Assembly (NCBI GenBank): GCA_964387375.1
Contig: CAYLWB010000002.1
Location: forward strand, 27,173 to 91,172
Reading direction: 5' to 3'
Source of the DNA: an uncultured Candidatus Peribacteria bacterium
GTDB taxonomy: Bacteria; Patescibacteriota; Gracilibacteria; UBA1369; 2-02-FULL-48-14
Length of the DNA stretch: 64,000 bases
Part shown: positions 28,065 through 35,185 of the stretch, one piece after another
Position numbering within the stretch: position 1 is the first letter of the stretch
How the letters are laid out: each line of letters starts with the position of its first letter
Made by a program: the position numbers and the translations under genes
Notes under the pieces: generated by a model
Told to the model about the DNA's origin: nothing
What the model saw: the letters and a program-made list of their open reading frames with translations, nothing else
Database searches by the model: none

Positions 28065-28559
28065 ATGATGAAAACTGATATCGGAGAGTACATCGTCGGA
28101 GCTTACCTCAAGCTAATTGAAAAATGTGATGTGATTGACTACAATGTCAGACCTACTGGCGGTGGAGTCAAAGGGCTGGGTGAGCTGGATGTCATTGGAA
28201 TGAATTTCAAAACGAACACTGTTTTTATTTGTGAAGTCACGACTCATTTGAATGGCCTACTTTATGCCAATGGAAACATAGGAACTGTCAAAAAAATTCA
28301 GGATAAACACCAGAGGCAAAAAGAGTACGCTGAAGAATTTCTGTCTCATTTCAAAAATAAACGGTTCATGTTCTGGTCCCCACGAATTCCCAAAGGGACA
28401 ATCACAAATGGAATCACTCAACTCACTGATTTAGAGCTGATAATCAATGATGAATATACAAAAAAAGTGGATGCGCTGAAAGCCTTGGCACGAACGACGA
28501 CGGCTGACTGTGGAAATGTCTTTTTCCGCACATTGCAGATTTTAGAACACCTCAGGTAA
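28065..28559 (+). CDS. hypothetical protein, possible YraN/PD-(D/E)xK-like fold
   Basis: GELDVIGMNFKTNTVFICEVTTH resembles the D...E-x-K core, but the Lys is replaced by Thr. Confidence 0.45.
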   Translation: MMKTDIGEYIVGAYLKLIEKCDVIDYNVRPTGGGVKGLGELDVIGMNFKTNTVFICEVTTHLNGLLYANGNIGTVKKIQDKHQRQKEYAEEFLSHFKNKRFMFWSPRIPKGTITNGITQLTDLELIINDEYTKKVDALKALARTTTADCGNVFFRTLQILEHLR

Positions 28560-28597
28560 AGACCCGCCTTCCGAGCTTGCCATAAAATGTGGAGTAA

Positions 28598-29644
28598 TCA
28601 TTCCATGTTATTTAACTTGAAATTCACTTCATATGTTTGCAATGAAACATTTGGAAGTGTTTTAAGCGCATAACGGATACGGTCGTCGTGGGAACCTAGA
28701 ATGATGAGTCCTTTTACCGTTTCACCTTCGCTCGCTAAATGTTCGGATACGAAGCCGATATACCTTAAGACCTGACCCACAACTTCATCGCTAGATCTGC
28801 CCCTCTTAAGCTCAATCACCAGCCATTCTTTTCCATCCTTACTTTTAGCGAGGATATCGATGCGGCCAACGATTTCAGTATCATATTGCTGGCCGATTAA
28901 GTCGCCGTCTTTCTCAAGAATTGCGTAAGTTTTGCCCAATGAAGTTTTCTCCCAGTTGTACACAAGGAAGTCTTCCAGGAATTTTTCTAGTCCAAACTCA
29001 GCTATATCTGTTACACCCTCTTTTTGGAGTATTGCTTCCACTTCTGCCGAATCTTCATCTTCCTCTCGGCCAATAGGTTTATCAGAAAATGAAAGCCAAC
29101 CGAGGATATCGTCGGTCTGCCAAAGTGTTAGACCATGTTCCTTTGAAAAGGCTTTAAGTGCTTCGTTCACAAGAACATATCTCTCTGCGAAACTTTTTCC
29201 TTTCAAATTCGGCAACAACCCTGCAGCTTCCAAGCCTGCCTCGCTTTTTGTATTGAACACGCCATACCTTTCTGGATAAACGACCAATAGAATGGGTGTT
29301 ACTATCGCTCTACCCAAACCCTTAATCATTGAAGGTCCTTTTGGCGAGAATAAATCGTTTAAACGTTCCTTAAGAGACCGTGTTTCGTCCAAGAGTATCT
29401 TCAAAGCTCCAATGAGCCTCGGCATGTTTTCTGTTATCATGTTGCTCTGACGATGGATTCCATCCCAATGCCGATTATTCTTGATTACAAGGAATGATTT
29501 GAAATCTTCCTTTGTGAGTCGGTCAAGGTTTGATGGATGAAAGATCTGGCCGTACTTACCGATCACCTCTTCCTCTTCCTGTAATCGCTTGGGATTGGTG
29601 AGTACGAGCTGTTTCCACTCGTCGACTTGTTTTTTATCGATCAT
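28598..29644 (-). CDS. protein with C-terminal PD-(D/E)xK nuclease domain (NucS/DUF1016-like)
   Basis: VGRIDILAKSKDGKEWLVIELKRGRSSDEVVGQVLRY gives D...E-x-K followed by the QxxxY helix. The roughly 230-aa N-terminal region is unrecognised. Confidence 0.6.
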   Translation of the reverse strand: MIDKKQVDEWKQLVLTNPKRLQEEEEVIGKYGQIFHPSNLDRLTKEDFKSFLVIKNNRHWDGIHRQSNMITENMPRLIGALKILLDETRSLKERLNDLFSPKGPSMIKGLGRAIVTPILLVVYPERYGVFNTKSEAGLEAAGLLPNLKGKSFAERYVLVNEALKAFSKEHGLTLWQTDDILGWLSFSDKPIGREEDEDSAEVEAILQKEGVTDIAEFGLEKFLEDFLVYNWEKTSLGKTYAILEKDGDLIGQQYDTEIVGRIDILAKSKDGKEWLVIELKRGRSSDEVVGQVLRYIGFVSEHLASEGETVKGLIILGSHDDRIRYALKTLPNVSLQTYEVNFKLNNME

Positions 29645-30249
29645 GCTTTTTTCGTGTTTATGGAATTAAATTTAAACATATTTGTACTCCTGAGTGCTTT
29701 ACATTCTTTGCCGATTTCATCCAGCAGTTCATTCCAAACTTCTCCAAGGCGGTTTGCAGCAGCTATAACACCATTCATTGTTTCTACATTAAGAGAAGAT
29801 AAAGCGGCAGATTTCTTTTCCTTTCCTTCTGAAATCTTCCTGGTTAGGGCATGACCATGTACCAACATATTTCTAATTTTCCCTATATGTCGAACCTGAC
29901 TTAGGATTTCTTTTCGGGCTTCTATCGCCTTTTCACCAGAGATGAAAAAGGAAATAAAAAATCCAATCTTTTCTTTAATGTGCATATCTTTTTCAGTTTT
30001 TTCCCATATTTGGAACAAATCGGGCCGTCTGAATTCAAATTCTAGTTGCATCACCCTTCTCATGTTTTGATGCAAAAAACACTCGATGTAAACTTGCAGA
30101 AATATAAAGGCAAAAATTAGCTCCTCATCTTTTTTGCCTTCCTCAAACTTAGCCCTGAATGCCTCGAATTCGTTCCTATAAATAATGGCGTCCTTTTCAA
30201 CCATCAAACTAATCTCCTCTGAGATTGAAATAGTTTCTTCTATATTCAC
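29641..30249 (-). CDS. HEPN-like protein (Rx4H motif)
   Basis: All-helical sequence containing GKIRNMLVHGH (R-N-x3-H, the HEPN Rx4-6H signature). ATGA overlap with the downstream nuclease gene. Confidence 0.5.
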   Translation of the reverse strand: MNIEETISISEEISLMVEKDAIIYRNEFEAFRAKFEEGKKDEELIFAFIFLQVYIECFLHQNMRRVMQLEFEFRRPDLFQIWEKTEKDMHIKEKIGFFISFFISGEKAIEARKEILSQVRHIGKIRNMLVHGHALTRKISEGKEKKSAALSSLNVETMNGVIAAANRLGEVWNELLDEIGKECKALRSTNMFKFNSINTKKA

Positions 30250-30253
30250 AATT

Positions 30254-30283
30254 TTGGAAGGTTAAACTGCTCTATGCTAAAAT
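30254..30283 (+). promoter_or_regulatory. candidate sigma70-type promoter
   Basis: TTGGAA, 18 nt, TAAAAT, ending about 27 nt upstream of the small ORF at 30311. Confidence 0.3.
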
Positions 30284-30310
30284 ATATCATGTTTTTTCAT
30301 ATTTTCGTGT

Positions 30311-30445
30311 ATGGCTAAACGCACTAAAAAACAGCAGAGAGGCAAGATCCGCTTTACCGTTACTTTTTGCGAAGACGAAGAAGAAAACGAGCGTGCTTTT
30401 GAAAATGCTGTCAGTGCTGTTTTAGGTCTAAATTCACTTCACTAA
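30311..30445 (+). CDS. small ORF (44 aa), hypothetical
   Basis: Hand-translated as MAKRTKKQQRGKIRFTVTFCEDEEENERAFENAVSAVLGLNSLH*. It is below the ORF-track cutoff and ends 11 nt before the next gene. Confidence 0.3.
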   Translation: MAKRTKKQQRGKIRFTVTFCEDEEENERAFENAVSAVLGLNSLH

Positions 30446-30456
30446 CCTTAACTTAT

Positions 30457-31044
30457 ATGAACTTGCCTGATGAAGCCGTACGTGAATTACAAGAAATTTA
30501 TAAAAAGGAGTATGGAAAAGAAATTTCACATGCGGAAGCATACGAATCGGCCAGTAATCTAATCGGTCTTTTTGAGGTTTTACTCAAAGGTGAACGAGAA
30601 GACCGTGCAAGGAAACTTAGGCTGAAAGATGAGCCTAAAGGCTTTCACATCAAGGGCGGCCCTTATAACTGTTTTATTTGCGGAAAGTACGTGAGCGACG
30701 AAGAAACTTGGTACGATAAATATGGAATCAAGTGCTTGATATGCCAGCGTGCTGTAGAAAAGCGGATAGTGCCTGGGAAAATCTGTCAGGACAAAGACTC
30801 GTGGTATTCAATGTGGGAGCTGGACCACTACTTTAAGATCAAGTATCAAGCTGCACGGAAGCTCATCCGACAAGGCAAGTTGAAAGCCAGGGTCATCACA
30901 TCTCAAGGTGACGATGCCTACTGTTTTGTTTTTCTCATCAAGGAAAATCCGATCCTAGGCTCAAAGCCGAAGTCCACTTTGGTCAAACATGAGGATGGCC
31001 GTTTTAGTACTCGTCAGGAGGAAAGGACTATTCAGTTTGATTAA
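30457..31044 (+). CDS. hypothetical Zn-ribbon protein
   Basis: CFICGKYVSDEETWYDKYGIKCLICQ forms a CxxC...CxxC pattern. Confidence 0.55.
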   Translation: MNLPDEAVRELQEIYKKEYGKEISHAEAYESASNLIGLFEVLLKGEREDRARKLRLKDEPKGFHIKGGPYNCFICGKYVSDEETWYDKYGIKCLICQRAVEKRIVPGKICQDKDSWYSMWELDHYFKIKYQAARKLIRQGKLKARVITSQGDDAYCFVFLIKENPILGSKPKSTLVKHEDGRFSTRQEERTIQFD

Positions 31045-31300
31045 CGGTTACTGGCACTCGGTTTCAGGAGAGCATCAATCACAACAACATTTGGTACGCG
31101 TTTACTACTCGAATCTAACCCCTAACCTTATTAAACCAAGAAAAATCGTCTACAAAGACAAGACTATTATTTACACCAACCGGAGTAAGATTACTTTGAC
31201 CTGTAAATATGCCGAAAAAACTCCGGAGGGGTTGTGGGAGGCGGTGTACAAAGTGCTGCTTCGAGCTGGAGTCTTTGATGATCTTAAGGGTTCACTTTAA
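31037..31300 (+). CDS. possible small hypothetical protein (TTG start)
   Basis: Only this ORF (30989..31300 frame) covers the otherwise unassigned 31045-31283. An in-frame TTG lies at 31037. Confidence 0.25.
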   Translation: MINGYWHSVSGEHQSQQHLVRVYYSNLTPNLIKPRKIVYKDKTIIYTNRSKITLTCKYAEKTPEGLWEAVYKVLLRAGVFDDLKGSL

Positions 31301-31856
31301 ACCCTGGCCAAATAGAGCCAAATATCTCTTCTAGGATTGCCAGGTTTTGTGGATAATCAATTTGATATTTCCATCCCGCCCATCTCGAGATTGAAACCCA
31401 GTCATCTTGAATGAAGTTTTCAAAGTCTTCGCCTTGAAAGAAGGCCATAGGTACCTGTCCGAACTCATTAAGAAGCTCTCGTTGATGGACTTGTCTCGAA
31501 ATCCTGAACTCCCCATAGAGTACTGCTGCGACAGTAACCCCTATTTGCAGTGCTCGTTTCCTGACACTTTTCGTAGGATGAGCTAAAGCCTTGCCTAAGA
31601 ATTGGAAAAAATCTTTTGGTATTTCTGGCCACCTTTTTTGATCGATGACATGCATGGAAGTGACATTTAATATCGACCGGAGGATTCGGTAGACTCCCTT
31701 CTCAGTTGAATCAACTTTCTCAAGACCGATTTCTACTAGCCCTGGAAAAAACCTTGGTGCTTTAGCAAGAACTCCTATGATCAAACCTCCCTCTGAAAAG
31801 TCAGCTGCTTTTAAAAGAGGCTCCAGCAATTCTGGTTTAATCATCCTTTCATCCAT
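31284..31856 (-). CDS. hypothetical protein
   Basis: ATG at 31856 lies 1 nt after the stop of the upstream DUF2188-like gene. The longer ORF to 31931 would overlap that gene by 74 nt. Confidence 0.5.
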   Translation of the reverse strand: MDERMIKPELLEPLLKAADFSEGGLIIGVLAKAPRFFPGLVEIGLEKVDSTEKGVYRILRSILNVTSMHVIDQKRWPEIPKDFFQFLGKALAHPTKSVRKRALQIGVTVAAVLYGEFRISRQVHQRELLNEFGQVPMAFFQGEDFENFIQDDWVSISRWAGWKYQIDYPQNLAILEEIFGSIWPGFKVNP

Positions 31857-31857
31857 T

Positions 31858-32100
31858 TTAGTGTTTTTTATCTCTGGGTGGGAAAGGGTCCTTAGCGGGA
31901 GCGATTGTATCGCTATCTCTAAATTTTCCATCTAGCCCTTTTGTTCGTACTTCGCCTCCGCCAGAATTTTTTGAAAACTCTTTTGCCTGCTGTTCCGCTT
32001 GTTTCTGGGTGTCGGCGTAGCCGCTTACTTTGCTGGCACCATCTTTTTTGATGCCCCATTGGTCATTTTCTTTGCTTTTTGAAACCGTGTAGTTTGCCAT
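31858..32100 (-). CDS. DUF2188-like small protein
   Basis: MANYTVSKSKENDQWGIKKDGASKVSGYADTQKQAEQQAKEF... follows the DUF2188 pattern (from memory). Confidence 0.6.
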   Translation of the reverse strand: MANYTVSKSKENDQWGIKKDGASKVSGYADTQKQAEQQAKEFSKNSGGGEVRTKGLDGKFRDSDTIAPAKDPFPPRDKKH

Positions 32101-32191
32101 ACGTAGGTTGTTAGAGAAATCGTGGTAAGCATACGCTCACCTCATTCTTTTTTCAACCTTTTTTACTCTCTCAAATGTCACATTTTATAGA

Positions 32192-32201
32192 CCCTATAGG
32201 G
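32192..32201. promoter_or_regulatory. perfect palindrome CCCTATAGGG in an AT-rich context (CsoR-box-like)
   Basis: ATAGACCCTATAGGGATATAT. It resembles the box upstream of csoR at 39292-39308. Confidence 0.35.
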
Positions 32202-32272
32202 ATATATACTTCTTTTAAAGCCTTATGATGAAGTGATTTCACTTCATACTTTGTAGATTTGTAGTAAAGTTT

Positions 32273-32506
32273 GTGAGTAAAAGTTTTGTTATGAAGATTA
32301 CCGTGGTAGCTAGACCCAACGCAAAGTTCGAAAAAGTTGAAAAGATAGAAACAGGATATAAGGTCTGGACAAAGAAAGCTCCTGTGGAGGGCAAAGCCAA
32401 CGCAGCGATCATTAAACTGCTGGCCGCGTATTTGAAAATTCCACGGTCAGGCATTCATTTGATTTCCGGGGCAAAGGGAAAGAAAAAACTGTTCGAGATC
32501 ACTTGA
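32273..32506 (+). CDS. DUF167 (YggU-like) protein
   Basis: KITVVARPNAKFEKV...APVEGKANAAIIKLLAAYLKIPRSGIHLISGAKGKKKLFEI matches the DUF167 pattern. GTG at 32273, ATG at 32291. Confidence 0.65.
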   Translation: MSKSFVMKITVVARPNAKFEKVEKIETGYKVWTKKAPVEGKANAAIIKLLAAYLKIPRSGIHLISGAKGKKKLFEIT

Positions 32507-34625
32507 TGCTAAGTGAATTTCTTCGGAGCAAAACGGCATTAAAAGCAACGATCACCGTGGATACGCTCATGAGAACAGCGGCAATAGCTGGCTCGAGTAC
32601 TATCCCTTTAGAGGCTAGAACACCCGCAGCGAGTGGAATAGCGATTACATTATACCCCGTTGCCCAGAAAAGATTTTGAATCATCTTGCGATAAGTGAGT
32701 TCAGATAATCTAAATATTTTTGGAATGTCCCGAGGGTCGTTTTTAACCAAAATAATTCCGGCAGACTCGATCGCTACATTGGTGCCGGCTCCGATGGCTA
32801 TACCTAGATCCGCTTGAGTCAGGGCTGGCGCATCATTCACTCCATCTCCCACCATGGCTACTTTTTGGCCTTTGCTTTGGAGAAGTTTCACTTTTTCTGC
32901 TTTTTGCTCTGGTTTTACACTTGCAAAGTATTCATCCAGCTCCAGTTCTTTGGCTACCCAAGCGGCAACGTCCTCCGAATCGCCGGTGATCATTGCCGTT
33001 TTGATGCCCAGGTTTTTGAGCGTTTTTATAGCTTCTCTGGATTCTTCCCGGATTACATCGGCAAGAGCTATGCTGCCAAGCAATTTTCCTTCGCTGATAA
33101 CATGAATGACGGTTTTACCGTCTTTAGCTAGAGATCCCATCTTGTTTTGGTATTTTTCCTCTAGAACAATGTGGTGCTCTTTCAGAAAATCTTCATTACC
33201 CACATAAGTATCTTTACCCTCCACTTTACCTTTTGCCCCCTTACCAGCCACTCGAGCGAAGTCTTTTAGTGGAAGAATGGTCAGCTTTCTTTTTTGCGCT
33301 TCCTGCACCATTGCTTTGGCTAAAGGGTGTTCGGACTGGCTGTTCACGGAGGCAGCCGTTTGCAGGACTTCTTCTTCTGTGTTTCCGTTGGTGAGAATGG
33401 TATCGATTCCAAATTCTCCTTTTGTGAGGGTTCCTGTTTTATCGAATAAAACGGTATTGATGTTTCTAGCAGCCTCCAAAGCCAATCTTTGCTTCACCAA
33501 GAGGCCGTTTCGGGCAGCCATGGTTGTAGAAATGGATGCAACCAATGGAACAGCCAATCCCAAGGCGTGAGGACAAGTGATCACGAGCACCGCCACTAAA
33601 CGCTCTGTTGCTGTCACCACTCCAGCTCCCACCAAAAGCCATACGGCAAAAGTAATAGAGCCAACCACAATAGCAATGAGAGTGAGGTAGAAAGCTGCTC
33701 GGTCAGAGAGGATTTGTAGTTTTGATTTGGAAGCCTGTGCATCTGCAACGAGCCGCATGACTCCAGCCAAAAAGGTGTGTTCACCGATTTTATCGATCTC
33801 TACTTTAAGACTGCCATCTCCATTGATTGAACCCGCAATTACATTTGTACCGACTGTTTTTTCAATGGGTTTGGATTCGCCCGTGATGATCGCTTCATTT
33901 AAATCTGAACGGCCTTCAATGATTTTTCCGTCTGCAGGAACTTTCGCCCCTGGTTTAACGAGTACAATATCGCCCACGCGAAGTTTGCTCAAAGGGATGA
34001 TTTCCGTCTTATCTCCTCTCACCACTTCCGCTTGATCTGGAAGAAGTTTTGCCAGTTCTTTGAGTGCTCCCTGTGCTCCTTGTACGGATTTCATTTCAAT
34101 CCAGTGCCCGAGCAGCATGATGGTGATAAGCGAGGCTAGCTCAAATAGAAGGTCGTGACTTTCTCCAGATATGATTGCAAAGAAACTGAAGAGATAGGCC
34201 GCTGTAGTTGCGAGCGCAATCAGTGTCATCATTCCTGGAAGTTTGGCCCGCAGTTCTCGGTAAGCGCTAGCTAGAAAAATCCATCCGCAGTAAAAAAAGA
34301 TAATGCTCCCAAGCCCCAGGGATACGTATTGGTATCCTGGGAACTTTGGAGCTTCTAGACCGAAAACCATCGAGGCCATTTCCGAATATAAGAAAACAGG
34401 AATCGTAATCACTAGACTGACCCAGAATTTTTTTAAAAAGGAACTCGTTTTGTGACCCGCATGTTTGTCGTGGTCTTGATGAAGCTCTGCTTTTGAGGCA
34501 GCAGGGACTAAATTCATCCCACATTCGGGACACATACCTGGTTTATCCTGATGCACCTCGGGGTGCATAGGACAGGTGTATCCCGAACTTGATTCAGAAT
34601 GATTCGGATGGTTTTTGTGATGCAT
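32499..34625 (-). CDS. copB: copper-translocating P1B-type ATPase (CopB-like, CPH motif)
   Basis: His-rich N-terminus (HHKNHPNH); CPMHPE...CPECG metal-binding ribbon; TGES; transmembrane CPH (ITCPHALGLA); DKTGTLT; GDGVNDAP. ATG at 34625 avoids overlap with the upstream gene. Confidence 0.9.
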   Translation of the reverse strand: MHHKNHPNHSESSSGYTCPMHPEVHQDKPGMCPECGMNLVPAASKAELHQDHDKHAGHKTSSFLKKFWVSLVITIPVFLYSEMASMVFGLEAPKFPGYQYVSLGLGSIIFFYCGWIFLASAYRELRAKLPGMMTLIALATTAAYLFSFFAIISGESHDLLFELASLITIMLLGHWIEMKSVQGAQGALKELAKLLPDQAEVVRGDKTEIIPLSKLRVGDIVLVKPGAKVPADGKIIEGRSDLNEAIITGESKPIEKTVGTNVIAGSINGDGSLKVEIDKIGEHTFLAGVMRLVADAQASKSKLQILSDRAAFYLTLIAIVVGSITFAVWLLVGAGVVTATERLVAVLVITCPHALGLAVPLVASISTTMAARNGLLVKQRLALEAARNINTVLFDKTGTLTKGEFGIDTILTNGNTEEEVLQTAASVNSQSEHPLAKAMVQEAQKRKLTILPLKDFARVAGKGAKGKVEGKDTYVGNEDFLKEHHIVLEEKYQNKMGSLAKDGKTVIHVISEGKLLGSIALADVIREESREAIKTLKNLGIKTAMITGDSEDVAAWVAKELELDEYFASVKPEQKAEKVKLLQSKGQKVAMVGDGVNDAPALTQADLGIAIGAGTNVAIESAGIILVKNDPRDIPKIFRLSELTYRKMIQNLFWATGYNVIAIPLAAGVLASKGIVLEPAIAAVLMSVSTVIVAFNAVLLRRNSLSIK

Positions 34626-34635
34626 CTTATTTTGA

Positions 34636-34857
34636 TTAAATAATTTCTCCTCTCTTCTCAAGCATCATGTGGTGAATAGTGGCAATTTGGGTCCAAATTG
34701 CGATGAGAATAAGAATTGCAGTGCAAGCTAAAGCGTCTGCTTTTGTAATTCCGAATACAAGATTGTCTGCTCCACCGAGGATGGAAGCGACGAAGGTAAG
34801 CACCCCGGTGAGTCCTACTAAGACACTGATGATGTGCATTGATTTAGATAGTTTCAT
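34636..34857 (-). CDS. small membrane protein
   Basis: 73 aa with two hydrophobic helices, inside the copper operon. Confidence 0.5.
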   Translation of the reverse strand: MKLSKSMHIISVLVGLTGVLTFVASILGGADNLVFGITKADALACTAILILIAIWTQIATIHHMMLEKRGEII

Positions 34858-34874
34858 ATTTTTAGGTTAAATGA

Positions 34875-35069
34875 TTAATTAGCTGCCGTACTGAGGTATT
34901 TTTCTGGATCAGTGACGAATTGATCCTTGCAACCCGTGCTACAAAAATAGTAGATGCATCCTTTGTGAGCGACTTGGAGAGTTTCCTCTGTAGGATTGAG
35001 TTCCATGCCACAGACTACATCCTTAACTGGAGATGAATTTTTATTACCGCAACATGATGAGTTTTCCAT
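34875..35069 (-). CDS. YHS/TRASH-domain metal-binding protein
   Basis: VCGMELNP...YYFCSTGCKDQFVTDPEKY. Confidence 0.75.
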   Translation of the reverse strand: MENSSCCGNKNSSPVKDVVCGMELNPTEETLQVAHKGCIYYFCSTGCKDQFVTDPEKYLSTAAN

Positions 35070-35185
35070 AAATTTAATTGTTATTGATGAGACAAATAAG
35101 CTCTACTAAACTACTGGTTTGCCGGTGTACAACTTTCGCTTTGAATTCTTGATTAAACATGAGGAGGTGGTAAAAGAGTCAAAAC

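Larger units (their letters stand above)
11808..32100. mobile_element. putative integrative genomic/defence island next to tRNA-Gln (right boundary uncertain)
   Basis: A serine recombinase lies directly beside the tRNA. Cargo is R-M, nucleases, terminase, phage-type methylases and a LexA-like repressor, and there are no housekeeping genes. The DNA looks more AT-rich than the flanks by eye (not computed). Confidence 0.5.

Noticed and set aside
31857-31931. N-terminal 25 codons of ORF 31284..31931, which overlap the DUF2188-like gene by 74 nt
   Set aside because: An internal ATG at 31856 sits 1 nt after the upstream stop, giving a conventional coupled arrangement, so the long overlap is unnecessary.
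35070-35185. 116-bp gap inside the copper operon as a possible riboswitch or sRNA
   Set aside because: I could not draw a convincing conserved-looking structure. It contains one GATGAGACA copy and an SD-like GAGGAGG on the opposite strand. The evidence is too thin to call a feature.
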